A stretch of 64,000 bases of DNA from Mytilus trossulus (lineage: Eukaryota): NCBI RefSeq assembly GCF_036588685.1, contig NC_086380.1:1488001-1552000 (forward strand). Direction: 5' to 3'. The notes under the pieces were generated by a model. That model was given only the letters and a program-made list of their open reading frames with translations. It was not told the origin of the DNA and made no database searches. Both the position numbers and the translations under genes were made by a program. This document shows, one piece after another, positions 12,067 through 26,027 of this stretch. Positions within the stretch are counted from its first letter, which is position 1. Each line of letters opens with the position of its first letter.

Positions 12067-15000
12067 ATGTCCCAAAACGTAGATGATGACTACCAGAAGA
12101 CTAGAGCGCTTGTTAAACGTTTAGATGGAACCATATCTCTATCTCATTTACCTAACGATGAGGATAAAAAGTCTTTGAAAAGCCTTAAAGTGCTAGATGA
12201 AGAGACCTACACTAAGGTGTGACTAATAATATGAGGCAGGCATTACCTGTAAATGGGGACGAAGTCTGTATGAATTATTTTTTTGTAACTTAAATATTTG
12301 TTAAAAGAAAACCACGGAAATACCTTAACGTTTTCGATTTTGGTTCTGTTGTTAGGGATTTTAGTTGTGACATTATTAAAGTTATGACCTCATTTGCAAT
12401 GTAAACAAACAAACGCTATCATCAGGTAACGTTTGTTCATGTCAAGGAATTATTAGAAATGAAATTGGTATTGCTTTCCTTCCTATTTATAATAGACTGG
12501 TAAATATATATTTTCATATATAAAATTTACTTAACGGATTCAAACAAATAAAACCGGAAAAAGGAAGTACATTGTAGATTTCTGCGCATGTCCGGGGTTT
12601 CAAAACATGACATAAAAAAAATTGAATGATTTTGAGTTCATTAGTTCAATGAAAAATTTCGGGAAATTTTCCCGAATTTATTTTTTTATTGAATTTTCTA
12701 CTGTTATTGGGGACTTCGTCCCCATATGAGGCAGGCATTACCCAGGTCAGGAATAACCACCAATTAGTGTATAATTCTTTGTTTTTCAAAACAAATTATT
12801 CTACCAAAATGGAGCATTGTTTTCTTAAAACCATATTCTGGTATGAAAACTTGTCAAACATTCCTAGTTTAGTATAGTGACATAACATATTGCATTTAAT
12901 CAATAATTGTATTTGCAGTTTCTTCTATTGTTATCTTGTCAATTCTTGATTGGCAAATTTACCTGTAATCACCTGTCAATGGACATCATTACTGTCTGCA
13001 GTCATGCGATCATGAGTACAACTCCACAGGTGAATGGAGCTCTTTGTTAATACTTGACTTTCATTATCAAAAGTCAATCATGGTCAATAGTACAAATGTT
13101 TCAACAAAAGAATTGTTGTACACATGCATTCTTAAGAGTTGCAGCAGGCTTTGACAAAACTGAAACTTTCGGAGGACTCAGTAAGGGTCATAAAATAGGT
13201 TGCAAGTTGCAAAATCATGCTCCTATCTCACACTAGCATTTTATTACAAAAAAATTGCATTATACGTCAATTGGTCTATACCAATATACCTCAATTGGTG
13301 GATTATACGTCAATTGAGGTATAATCCACCAATTGGTGGTTATTCCTGACCTGTTACCAGTCTTTGCACTGAGTGGCAGCCCAGCAGCCCCAGGCTTGTA
13401 AAATTGCTCTCGGGCCTGTAAAAATCGTATCTACAGGCCAACAGAATCTTAACTAAAATAAATTTAAAATTGAGCTTCGGGCCTGTAGATTTAACAGTTC
13501 GTCGTGAAGACTGTGTTACCTGTAGATGGGGACAAAGTCTGTATTAATTTTTTGGAACTAAAATATTTGTAAAAAAAAAAGAGAAACAGAAATACTGTAA
13601 GGTTTCCAATTTTGGTTCTGTTGTTAGGGATTTTAGTTGTGACGTAATTAAAGTTCTGACGTCATATGCATTAAACATTGCAAAAAACGTACGTTAAAAT
13701 GTAATAATAATTTTTGACTAAGTATAACTAGAAGAACCTGGCTAGGTACTTATACATTCCTCAAGAAATTAAGCAATTTAAATTGGTATTTTCAACAAAT
13801 GTATCAAATATATATACATATATATATATACAACTCCATACCTGCCAACTTTTGAAAATGCCCATGGGGGTTTTAGCGTGCGACAACAATTTCAAAGGTT
13901 AAAATTCTTTGCAACGACTATTTTGCGCGTGCTGTTTTGTAGTCTAGAAAAAGTGTCATATTTGTAAGATGAGCTTACATCCTTTTTTCTTAAGTTTATT
14001 TGCATGATTCTAGTTATTATATCAGCAGAAAATATGGTCATGTAGCTGTAAGACCAGGAATTATTTTCATGTGTAAGGATACTAAATAGTTGTTGACTTT
14101 TCCAATTTAAAATTATACACAAAGAAGGATCTTTATCAGGTTGGGAACAACACATAGGGATCCCCCTCAATGTTAGGACATTGAAAACCACTTTTTAAGT
14201 ACAAATGAGCACACATTCATATTATTTGAAGAAACTTTTCCCAAAGAACTATACATCTTATGATCTATCTGGTATTATATGGTCAACACATGTCCAATAA
14301 TTTTGATATGTTTTTGGCCTTATATCTTCTTTATTATTCAAAATAATAGGACTCTTCATTTAGAAAAGCTGTTTCAAATACAATGTCAGAATTTCCCATT
14401 TTTAAGTTAAAAAATCTACATTTTTCTATTTAATTTTTTACAAGAGTGCCCCCTTGACTAAGGGTAGTTCCTCATTTAAGGGATTCCTCAAGTTGATGTG
14501 GGGGGGGGGGGGGGGGGGGGAGTTGGTCCATGTGAAAAATAATGAATAGTACATTATACAATGATTGAATAAATAAATAAAATTATGTTACAGCAAGTGT
14601 ACATGTAATGTCAATAAATTTGTGAATAAACTACTATTTATTATATTCATGGTAGTACTGCATCATTGAAGTTTGTCAATCAGCCATGCCTTTTATTCTT
14701 ATTCTGTGTAAGAACCTCCTTGCAGTTGAAAAATCATTTGTCAGTTTCACGTTTTTACAATTTTGAACAGGAATACAACACAAGTTCAATATCTAGCATG
14801 TTAAAACAATCTTGAGAGAAAACGTTTTTCATTGGCTGATTAATTTGATCATGAGAAACACACAATTTGATTGGCTGAACACGATTTTCCTCCATTGGAC
14901 ACAGTTCAAAATCGGGAACAACAATATTTTTCTTGTAGATTTTCACCAAATCGTGTTTTAGAGGTTTTTTCAGGAACACGATCGTGCAATCGTGACAAAG

Positions 15001-18000
15001 GGTCAAAATCATGTAGTACACGCCTAAATCGTGAAAGTTGGCAGGTATGCAACTCGTCTAAACATCAACCCAACAGTGTTAGATCTGTAAATTTGCTTTC
15101 GCAAATTTTGGGTTCTTCCCTCGCCGGGATTCGAACCCATGCTACTGTGATATCGTGACACCAAATCGCCTGCACTGCAGCCGTCCCGCTAGACCACAAG
15201 ACCACCTGGGCTCTACATTGTATATATATATAAAATGACTGAATAAATAGTCAACTATTAATCTTACAGGGCGATAGATCATGTAATATATGATTCTGTA
15301 CACTACAAAATATAACATATAACAAGTCAAAAAGGGTACAACATCACCATTAAATAACTATAAAATGAACAGATACAAATGTATTAGATATTTCGGATAA
15401 CAGATACCCTTCTTCGGTAATAGCACAATTTCAAATGAATCATGTCAGTATATTCAAATCTTGAAAATTTTAAACAATTAAGCCGCTTATAAATATGAGG
15501 AGGTGGTGACCATAAAGTTATACCTTCTACCTAACTCCTCTAGCATGCATAGAGTCTAGTCTACCAATACTTAATGATAAGGGACAGGTTTTGGCAAACT
15601 GAAATATTTTCAAGGCTGGTCTTTTATTATTATGATTATCATGATTATGATAACCTAATCAGAAATCTTTAAAAGAGGCATGAGAGGTGAAGTTAATAAT
15701 TTTGAATCACCAAAAATATTTTTTTATTCATAGGATTTAGAAGACATTATAGTTAGAGATTTTTATCCAGAACTTCCAACCCTACAAGAGAAAACTGAAT
15801 ATTATGAGGCATTGAAAAGTAATGATCTTGGTAAACTAAGAGAGTTACAGTTGAAATATGGAACAGAAGGAAGGCCCTCTTCAGTTTGTAAGTATTAGAT
15901 TACAGTAATAATTTTATATGCTAATGAGACAAATCTCCATCATAGGCACAATTTGAAAAAAGTAAACTATTAAAGTCTAAGTATGGTCTTCAACACATGT
16001 GCATGTACATAGCCTTGGCTCACATTGAACAGCAAGCTATAAAGGGCCCTAAAAATGACTAGTGTAAAACCATTGAAACAGGAAAACCAATGGTCTAATC
16101 TATTTTAAAAAATGAGATACAAGAAACACTTATGAACCACATCAACAAACGACAACCACTCAACATCAGGTTCCTTACTTAAGACAGGTGGAAACAAATG
16201 TAGCCCGTTTAAAAATACCAACCTCCACCTTTACTGTCACAACATAGAAAGACCTGTATAAGTCAGACTGTCTATAGATAGTATACATGGTATATGAGTA
16301 TTGATAACAAAATATTTCTAAAAAAACTTGTATCCTGTGACTTTAAAAGTTTATTGTAACGACTGTTAATGTATAGGGTGAAAATGTATGATTTTCTACT
16401 ATTAGCCAAAATTCTACACACTAAGTCACTTTGTCTTGTGAATTGCATTCCTCATTAACTACATTGTATTTTCGCTTCAAATCCATCAAAGTATATGAAA
16501 TAACAAATAGAACCTGACAATACTGGTTCACCAACACAACAAAACAAGAAGACATTTGTGAGTGTCCACATTTATTTCTTGTGTACAAAAATTAGAGATC
16601 GTAACTGTTACACCCAGACACCAAAATAAAATAATTTAGAAATTCGTATACATGTGTTCCGAGTGTTCGCAATTTTTTCTCTGTTAGTTATTTACATGCT
16701 GTTTAATGTATGTCCATAATTTGCAATACACCAGTAAGCTTTAATTTTCAGATTCTTGCAAATAACTAGGTCACATTGATATGAATTCAAAATGGCATTG
16801 CTTGCATGTATATTTTGAAAGCGTCACTTGTGAATTGATGCCATGAAAATTGGTGATGTTATCCAATCAAAATGAATAATACACAGTCAGGGGCATTACC
16901 TAAACAAGTAACAATTAAAATTACCTATACAAGTAATGTTGAAGACGAGGCTATTTTATAAGTAACTTTTCTGAATATTATTTTTATAGTTGTCCAAAAA
17001 TACAGATTTTACTAGCTTTAACTAATTTTCACAGTCTTCTGGTTATTTTTCCTATTAAATATAAAATCTTATTCTTCTGAAACACTAATTAACTTTCTGA
17101 CGCACTTATCTTTCATACCGACGCTTCTGGGTCAAAGATTGGTCTCATTTTCCTCCAAAATCTTGAAGGTAGACTGATATAAATAGATAGATACTTGTGA
17201 ATTAATTAAGACTTGAAGTTATTTATAATTTGTAACCAAAATCAATTACATATGTTCCTTAGATAAGTGTAATTACTATTTTTTTTCAAAAATGTATAAA
17301 ATAACTTATTCAAGTAATATTTTTGTCATTATTTTTAAAGTAACCCTTTATCTCTTTACATCTCTCAAATCTGACAAATTCTTTATTTTATGATATAAAA
17401 CGATGTAAAAATTCATGAAAACTACATTAAGTCTATGTTTCTATTGAAAATTAAAATAACTCTATTAAGTAATTGTTGTTATATTTAACTGCAGATAATA
17501 CACCTGCAACCTTTGAAACACCAGAACCAGAGAGTAGAAAAGATTCTCCTAAACTACATTCAAAAAAAGATCATGTGGAGAAGAAAAAAGAAGAGACAAG
17601 TAAAGACAGTAAAAGTGGTAGGTTTGCATTGTTACTGACACATGTTGTCTTACAACTCAAAGTGATAAAATGATATATATATATATATATGTGATGATAA
17701 GTTTACAGTCAATTAAAAACCTGAAATATTTATGAGCCTCTAGTTTGGACACATACTTCTGGATTGCCCATACTTTGAATTTTTCATTAGAATTTTTGTC
17801 ACACATAAATTCCCCCAAACTACTGAAAAAAATGGCATAAGTTTATATATTTAGTTAGCTGCATGGTTATGCTGAATTAGGAGGAGTTTTCAAAATTAGT
17901 CACACATCTACCTTGAAGAAACTTCTGATTTCTGAACACTGTAGTAGCACAACATCACATGCATTTTCTTGTTTATGTCATACGAAATAATCATAAGATC

Positions 18001-21000
18001 AGGCTAAATAACATGAATAATATCAACATGCTATTTATCTTATAGGTACTAAGAAGTTATCATTAGACCAGTACCTAGCCAAGAATACCAGTGAAGATAA
18101 TGCATCATTCACAGAGATACTGGAAGAAACACAACAAAAACACAGAGATAAACACGCTTGGCTGTTTGAAAGTGAAAAGTCAAGAACTGAAGTAAGTTTA
18201 AAACAAAGCTAGAGAATCTGTAGAACCATCAAAAGAGCAGTTGCTATAGAAGCCGTTGTCATATAAATATAACACCAGTCAAACATGTAACTGCATCTTT
18301 TTATCATTGAAAAAAATATATTGATATAATATATAAACAAAATGGTTTTATAACTTTTGGGTATTCCAGGAAAAAAGTGTATGGGAGGGTTTGACTCCAC
18401 ATGCTATTTTGTTAGAAGTATATATATTGGAAGACACAAATATAATTCTGTTACAAATTAAATAAAACTATAAATTATGGGTGGAGTCATACAAAAAAAG
18501 GTTGTCCAACTCCTCTGGAATAGCCCTTATAGTGATTTTAAAAGTTTTTTCCGAGCAATTTCAAATAAGAGCTTTTTGATATTAAGTATTAAGTTTCGTT
18601 GAGTAAGTCATACAATGTAGCACATTTTCTGATCGGTCATGTGTAAACATGCATAGACCATTGTTTACTTGTTAAAGTTTGTATTGAAGTCAATTCAAAT
18701 GGAACCTGGTATGGTAAGTCATGAGAGTTTATAGTAGTTCTCATTTCAATGGATTTTATTTGAATCTGGAGTCTGTATCTTCAGTCATGGTTTATTGACA
18801 TTAAACAATTGGCATATTTTATATTATTTTTATTTTAATGTAAATTTTTTTCAAAATGACATATAAGTACACCATATCGATATGTCAACAGTTTATATGT
18901 AGTATGCATATATATTTTTCTTAGCAACTACAAATCATATATAGCTTCTTAAAACTTGTTATTTCTAAATTGGTTAGCTTTACCTTTTGCTTTTGGTTTA
19001 TACTGTGGACTCTTTTATTTTTACGTTGTTTAAATTGTCATAGATTGAGGAAAGCTGGTATTTTGGTGAATATTTCATTTCGTGATTTTGCCAAAGAACT
19101 AACATGTTACCAACCTTATAGAAAATTTGTAATAATAGAGACATTTTATATTGTGGTTCACCTGTACCATGAAATCCAAGAATATTGCAATTGGTATCCA
19201 ATGACCAAAGAATAATAATGAACATGATCAGTTAACAGTAACCCCATGATCTATAAAAATGATTTCTTACTTTTAGGAAGAGAAAGAACACCTAGCACTA
19301 CCATCAGTTGAACAGCAAGCAGCCATTGAAGGGAACCATGATATAATCAACAGTTGGAAATACAAAACCAGAAATGCTCTAATGTATGTGCCCGATGGGG
19401 TGGAGTTTAGCAATGAGGAACTTGTTGATATGAAGAAAAAGAAACCAAGGAAAATAGTACATGACAACACACGCTTTCAAATTAACCCTTGGAATCGGAA
19501 TAAAAGTCGTGAAATGATGAAGCAGGCTGCATCAGCTAAAGCGATGGCTAATTGTGGTAAAATAGGACATGATGGGAAGGAAATCTTGCCTTCAGAATCC
19601 CCACAAATTAATGGATATGGATTTGTGGGTACTCCATCACCAGCCCCTGGTGTAGACGAGTCTCCATTAATGACTTGGGGAGAGATTGAGGGTACACCAT
19701 TTAGGTTAGATCCTGCAGATGCTATAACAGCGACACCTGGTCCTACGTTTAAGGTAAAGTTGTTAGGTTACTGTCATATCGATATTAACTCAATATTCTG
19801 AGATGTACAAGGTCTACTAGCATGTTAACAATGTGTACAAAACACTGGGTTTTTTTTACATAATAAACTTTTTTATCAAATAGAATTCTAGAAGAATATT
19901 TTCTGATTTAAATGAACACACTGGAAGAACAACCTGTGAATTAGAACTTAGATTTTTGGACATTTATTGATATTTATATTATAAATCTCAAAAGAATATA
20001 ACTTTCTTAAGATGTTTCATTTGTTAATAATTATATAAGTTAATTAAACGTTAAATATTGCAGTTTATTGATTTCTATGCAAATTCTTCTGGTCAGGTAC
20101 CTTTATGAGTACTAGTACTTCTAAATATTTCTTTCATTTCTAAGTATAAAAATTTAGTATCTGTGTTACTTCCATCCAGATATGTTGTGTTGTCAATATT
20201 ACTACAAGGTTTGTAGATAGTAGAGCATGAGTTAATGTCTTGGGTGTGATCATGTAAAATTGAGAATGGAAATTTATGGGGAATGTGTCAAAGAGACAAC
20301 AACCCCTTCATAGAAAAAACAACAACAGAAGGTCTCCAACAGGTCTTCAATGTAGCGAGAAATTCCCGCACCCAGAGGCGTCCTTCAACTGGCCCCTTAA
20401 CAAATATATAGTAGTTCAGTGATAATGAACGCCATACTAATTTCCAATTGTACACAAGAAACTAAAATTAAAATAATACAAGACTAACAAAGGCCAGAGG
20501 CTCCTGACTTGGGACAGGCGCAAAAATGCAGCTCAGGACTTATCAACAGTATGTGCATAATGTTGCTCTTGTAATAGAAAATCACAGCTAACTACCGTAA
20601 CATAAACAACATGGTGGAAAAATGAAGGGTTATAGATGGTCTTCTGTGGTTTAATTTCATTATTTTTAAACTGATGTTGCTGTTTAATTTAATCATTTAA
20701 CTTATTAAAGTCTGATAACGTATATCCTTGGCCAACAGAAAAAGACAAAACCACTACCTAAATCAATAAAACACTACGCAGAAATCTAAAAATAGAACAA
20801 CACAAACTTTATTAGAAAAGAGGGTTGGACTCAGATGCTCCTATAATACATGTAATATAAGAATGTTATTTCACCAACAATTAGGTACCAATAATCACTT
20901 AACTGTTATAATGGATTGCAAATAAAAGAAGTTGCATGTTAAAATGTTTTGTTTTGTTATAGATACCAGACGTTCCGAGAAGAGATGAAATAGCGCTAGA

Positions 21001-21991
21001 GTTAGCTGAAAAAGCCAGTAAAGCTCATAGAGATAAGAAAGAAAAAGCCATTAAATCAGTTCAGGCCAGACTTTCATCGTAAGTATTAAACTTGTTTGTT
21101 CAAGCAAAACTAACGAAGTAAATTTTAAATCTTTTTGTTCAGGCTATACTTTGGACTACAAACTATAAATCTGTTCAGGCTAGATTTTGAACCTAAGTTC
21201 AGGCTAGAATTTCAAGGTAATTATTGAATTGCACTAAAACAAAAAACATATTGATCTTTTGATTGGCCTAATCTTTCCCGGTCTCTCCACCTATACACAA
21301 ACACATATGTCATTAAGTAACTCTTTGAAAGGAAAGAAGATGTAACCTTTGACCTCAGTGAAACAGCAACCCAACTACTAAACCATTTTAAAGACATGGT
21401 GTGATACAATAGACAACTATTTATGGCATTTCCCAATTGTAGGCAAATTTTGACTAAATTTCTCACTAAATGCAAGAGAATTGTTGTCAACAAAAAACAA
21501 TAAGATATGTACAATAGTGTGCTTTGTCAACTTTAAATGAAATAATAACATAAGTGAAATTGTGTTTTTATATTGAAAATTTTTACTTTTGCCAATTCTG
21601 AATCTGATATTCATAGTAAAACAAAAGTGTTTTTCTATGTCCAGCCTTTAACTTGTTTATCAATTTTTTCCTCAGGCCAGCAGCCAGATTTGGTATGAGT
21701 ACAACTGACCGAGTAGCATCTATGTCTCCTGCAGCACAAAAACTGGTCAATTCTCGATTCAGGATTCGTACAAATACAGATAAAGCTCTCAGAGACAGTT
21801 ATAGTCCTTCACCGATACATAGACTACCAGGAGACAAAACTCCTGTCAGACTCACACCAACAAATACGCCAAAAAGTGTCAAAACTCCAAATCGGACACC
21901 TGGAAGTAAACGTGATGGAAGTGACATTACCTCCCTTACTGACAATCTCCTGAAGTTACCAAAGAGGAAAACAGCGGCAGATTTCTTCTAA
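12067..21991 (+). CDS. ESS2: Splicing factor ESS-2 homolog (DGCR14), about 493 aa; exons 12067-12216, 15734-15887, 17495-17617, 18046-18191, 19277-19753, 20963-21078, 21676-21991
   Basis: All introns are GT-AG and phases are consistent (1482 nt total). Motifs KVLDEETY..LEDIIVRDFYP, TPATFETP, LSLDQYL...TSEDNASF, PSPAPGVDESPLMTWGEIEGTPFRLD and C-terminal LTDNLLKLPKRKTAADFF. Confidence 0.95.
12743..13353. mobile_element. MITE in ESS2 intron 1 (5-bp TSD TTACC)
   Basis: TIR CAGGTCAGGAATAACCACCAATT / AATTGGTGGTTATTCCTGACCTG. Confidence 0.8.
13358..13513. mobile_element. Small MITE with 6-bp TSD TGTTAC
   Basis: TIR CAGTCTT / AAGACTG; TGTTAC at 13352-13357 and 13514-13519. Confidence 0.65.
13837..15049. 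mobile_element. 1.2-kb non-autonomous DNA transposon with 6-bp TSD, inserted in the tail of a SINE-like repeat
   Basis: TIR CATACCTGCCAACTTT / AAAGTTGGCAGGTATG; TSD CAACTC at 13831-13836 and 15050-15055. Confidence 0.85.
15050..15214 (-). mobile_element. tRNA-derived SINE-like repeat (same family as 63072-63240 and 63464-63648)
   Basis: A-box-like TGGTCTTGTGG and B-box GGTTCGAATCC; the (TA)n tail is displaced to about 13808-13830 by the inserted transposon. Confidence 0.75.
15381..15423 (-). ncRNA. Minimal type-I hammerhead ribozyme-like motif (Penelope-like-element type)
   Basis: Minus strand reads TATTA-CCGAAGA-A-GGGTA-TCTGT-TATCC-GAAA-TATC-TAATA. Stem I is TATTA/TAATA, stem II has 5 bp, stem III is a palindromic ATAT followed by a UC cleavage site. 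The core carries U4C. Confidence 0.6.
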
Positions 21992-23563
21992 TGTTGATGA
22001 TTTTTATCATTTATTCAAAGAAATATTAATCCACAAACACTTTAATAGTAGCGGTCAATCATTTCAGATTGATTGACAGTGAACATTTCTTTGTGAGATA
22101 GGCTGTTTTGCGGCCATGTTGGTAGGGTACTATGAAGTTGACATACAGTGACAAACACTGTGTAGTCTAAGATCCAAACAAATGACAGAATTGACAACTA
22201 CAGTGTAGTCTAAGTGACAAACACATACCAGACGTGAGGGAAGGATTCATGCAGTCTGAAATAAAACAATAACAGGCATCATATCACAATCCATTGTTAC
22301 TTGTGATAAGGATAATGCAAAGTAGAATTGACAAAATTAGAGCTATGTTTTACTTTATTTGTTTTATAGAAATTTCAAACTGCATTTAGTAATTCCATTG
22401 GAAATTATAATCATCTAACTACAGATCAATTATTTGCTACAAAAAGGAATCACATTGTTTATAAGTAAAGAGGAAATGTTCTTTCAAATTTTTAAAAATA
22501 CCAAAACTATATACAGAAAAATAGGTGGCATGTACCTAAAATTTTGTTCTTGACATTTTGGGGGAACAGCTGCTCTATTGGTGTGCCTCTTACCCTATGA
22601 CCCTGTCCATTTTGATTTAAGGGAAAACTGGTTATTATCTGTATAAAATACAGAGCATAGAATTCTTCTCATATATTTTATGTCAAATCCATCAATATTA
22701 TGATATATAGCATTCCATCATGTCAGTTTTTCCCACATATACATGAAATACATTTGAGAACTTTATTATCAATCCAGAGATTATTGAGTTGTTTATTCCT
22801 TACTTTGTGAAATTTTTTATGAAAGGACAAATATATAAGATTATTTTGTGTAGATTTTTTACATGTAAATGCAGCATACAAGTTATTTTCTTGCTATAAG
22901 TTTTACATGGATCACATCGAAGCTTAATATGTTTTAAGTTTTGTGTTGACAAATATTGATGGCTAAAACTATTTTACTGTCTGTTAATATAACTGCTTTT
23001 AAAAAACTGAATTTCATGTAGACATGATTCTGCTGTGATGTAATGAAATAGAAATCATTCAAAGTGTTTCCTCCAGTGTAATGAATCTTGAAAATGTATT
23101 TAAAGTTAAAAAAATTAATATGAATTTTCATTAAGTTTTTCAATAAAATGTTTATCACTTTGTATTGTGGCATATTTCTTATATGAAGGGGGATAACTTC
23201 TGATGTACCAGTCTTTGATAGAGAGTTCTGCAAGGTTTAATACCAATTAAGTACTTCATTGGTTAATCCAGAAATTTTCGAAAGTGGGGGCACATTGACT
23301 GCCAAAGAGGGGACTCGCTCCAGTCATGTCTCAGTGATTGCCTGAATAACCAACAAGTTATTTCCCATAAAAAGGGTGCCCTGAGCCCTCTGCCTAAATC
23401 CACCTCTGTACTTCCAATTTTTGATTCTGAGTGAGGGCATGTGGGCAATTTCATTGTTTGTAAAATAAGAAAATTATTTTTGTCGTGCCAGCAACTTTTG
23501 TTGCAGAAAGCTTGACATAGGGATAGTGATCCGTTGACAGTGGCTTCAGCAGTGGCAGTGTTA

Positions 23564-26027
23564 GGTAGCACTCCACAGTTAGAAAATAAAATTAACCAGA
23601 TGCTTCGCAGGGCGTAGCTTTATACGACCGCAGAGGTTGAACCCTGAACGGTTGGGGCAAGTATGGACACAACATTCAAGCTGGATTCAGCTCTAAATTT
23701 GGATTGTGATTAAATAGTTGACACAGCATAGGTTTCTGACACAGAATAAATGTGTTCTAATGAACTTAAAAAAAAAAATTTCTCGTAGAGCAATTCACTA
23801 TGCTGTTCAATATTAATCCTCTCAAAAAAAATGTTTGAAGAAATTTTCTTTTTATTTATGTAATTTCAAATGAGAAAAATTGAACCCAATTTTTTAATCA
23901 CATCCCCCTTTCCCTTATTCCAAAACTAATCTCAATTAAAATATTCTAATGGAGTTTGCAACAATAACTACTCATTTAAATACATCATAAAATATTAAGA
24001 TGTAAAAAAACTGCTTGTAATCACTGAATGGTAAAGATTATTTAAATTTATCAGTTGGTAGTAAAAAGTGAATATACATTGTATATTGTATATAACAAAG
24101 ATTTAAGTTGATTCTGAACAAAGCAAGATAACTCCAATTAAAAAAGATTCTTGCAATAAGATATTTCTTGCTTACTATTTTGGACAAAGAAAGATAACTC
24201 TAATTAAAAAAAAATTTGCTATTTCACAATATTGTGAAATTAGATATTTCTTGCCATTGCACAATACTTTGCAATTGAAAAGACTTGCTATTGTACAATA
24301 CTTAATATAATAATTTTAGATCCTGATTTGGACCAACTTTAAAACTGGGCCCATAATCAAAAATCTAAGTACATGTTTAGATTCAGCATATCAAAGAGGC
24401 CCGAGAATTAAATTTTTGTTAAAATCAAACTTAGTTTAATTATGGACCCTTTGGACCTTAATGTAGGCCAATTTGAAAACGGGACCAAATATGAAGAATC
24501 TACATACACAGTTAGATTTGGCATATCAAAAAACCCCATTTATTCAATTTTTTATGAAATCAAAAAAGTTTAATTTTGGACCCAGATTTGGACCAACTTG
24601 AAAACTGGGCCAATAATCAAGAATCTAAGTACATTTTTAGATTCAACATATCAAAGAACCCAACCGATTCATTTTTTGTCAAAATCAAACTAAGTTTAAT
24701 TTTGGACCCTTTGGACTTTAATGTAGACCAATTTGAAAACATGACCAAAAGTTAAGAATCTACATACACAGTTAGATTCGGCATATCAAAGAACCCCAAT
24801 TATTCAATTTTGATGAAATCAAACAAAGTTTAATTTTGGACCCTTTGGGCCCCTTTTTCCTAAACTGTTGGGACCAAAACTCCCAAAATCAATATCAACC
24901 TTCCTTTTATGGTCATTAACCTTGTGTTTAAATTTCATAGATTTCTATTTACTTATACTAACTTTATGGTGCGAAAACCAAGAAAAATGCTTATTTGGGT
25001 CCCTTTTTGGCCCCTAATTCCTAAACTGTTGGGACCTTAACTCCAAAAATCAATACCAATCTTCCTTTTGTGGTCATAAACATTATGTTTAAATTTCATT
25101 GATTTCTATTTACTTAAACTAAAGTTATTGTGCGAAAACCAAGAATAATGCTTATTTGGGCCCTTTTTGGCCCCTAATTCCTAAAATGTTGGGACCAAAA
25201 CTCCCAAAATCAATACCAACCTTCCTTTTATGGTCATAAACCTTGTGTTAAAATTTCATAGATTTCTATTCACTTTTACTAAAGTTAGAGTGCTAAAAGT
25301 ATTCGGACGACGACGACGACGCAGACGACGACGCCAACGTGATAGCAATATACGACGAAAAAATTTTTAAAATTTGCGGTCGTATAAAAATGAGCCACAA
25401 AATGTTTTATCATTTCCTATATTCCTAGATTTCTAATACATTAACCTAACTGTTTGTGTTGTACATGTGCATATGTATGTAATCAGTATCTTCCATAGAT
25501 TTGATTTTCAAAGGTTAAAAGGGTGAAAATTAATTCCAATTATGAGTATCCATGGCAACATTCTGTATTTATTTCCCGTAAAATATTGCAAAAAGGGGGG
25601 TGAACATGTCACATTTTCCCCCAAAATTTGGATCAAACTAGAATTTCAATGCCTTTGAGTGATACCTTTTCAGAAACTGTTTCCCTAAATCTTCCTAATG
25701 ATCAAATAAAAAATGGGTGTCTTTCGCCTCATTTTTTTCATAAAATCCAATCACAAAGTTCATGCGATAAAAAGTTGGAAAAAAACATTAAAATAATTGC
25801 GGGACCAATGTATGGTAGGGACATGCAAATACGGACTGTCACACAGAAAACAGCCTACATGTATATTACATACATTACATAACCTTGATGTTCATATAAA
25901 CCCAATACAAAGACTGTTTTAATACTCAGCTATCCAAAAATTAATTTTATTGCACACTAGCTCTCATATTTGAAAAATTCACAGGGGCCAAAATGCGAAA
26001 CTACACATCTAACTGTGGAGTGCTACC
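23564..26027. mobile_element. PIF/Harbinger-type MITE (TTA TSD) interrupted by a Helentron-like element
   Basis: TIR GGTAGCACTCCACAGTTAGA / TCTAACTGTGGAGTGCTACC; TTA on both sides. Confidence 0.75.
23594..25388. mobile_element. Non-autonomous Helentron-associated (HINE/pearl-like) element with internal tandem repeats
   Basis: Subterminal inverted repeat TATACGACCGCA (about 23621) / TGCGGTCGTATA (about 25375). It has a terminal hairpin, a (GAC)n microsatellite at about 25306-25332 and internal tandem units at about 24320-25290. It sits in an A-run with no TSD. Confidence 0.7.
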
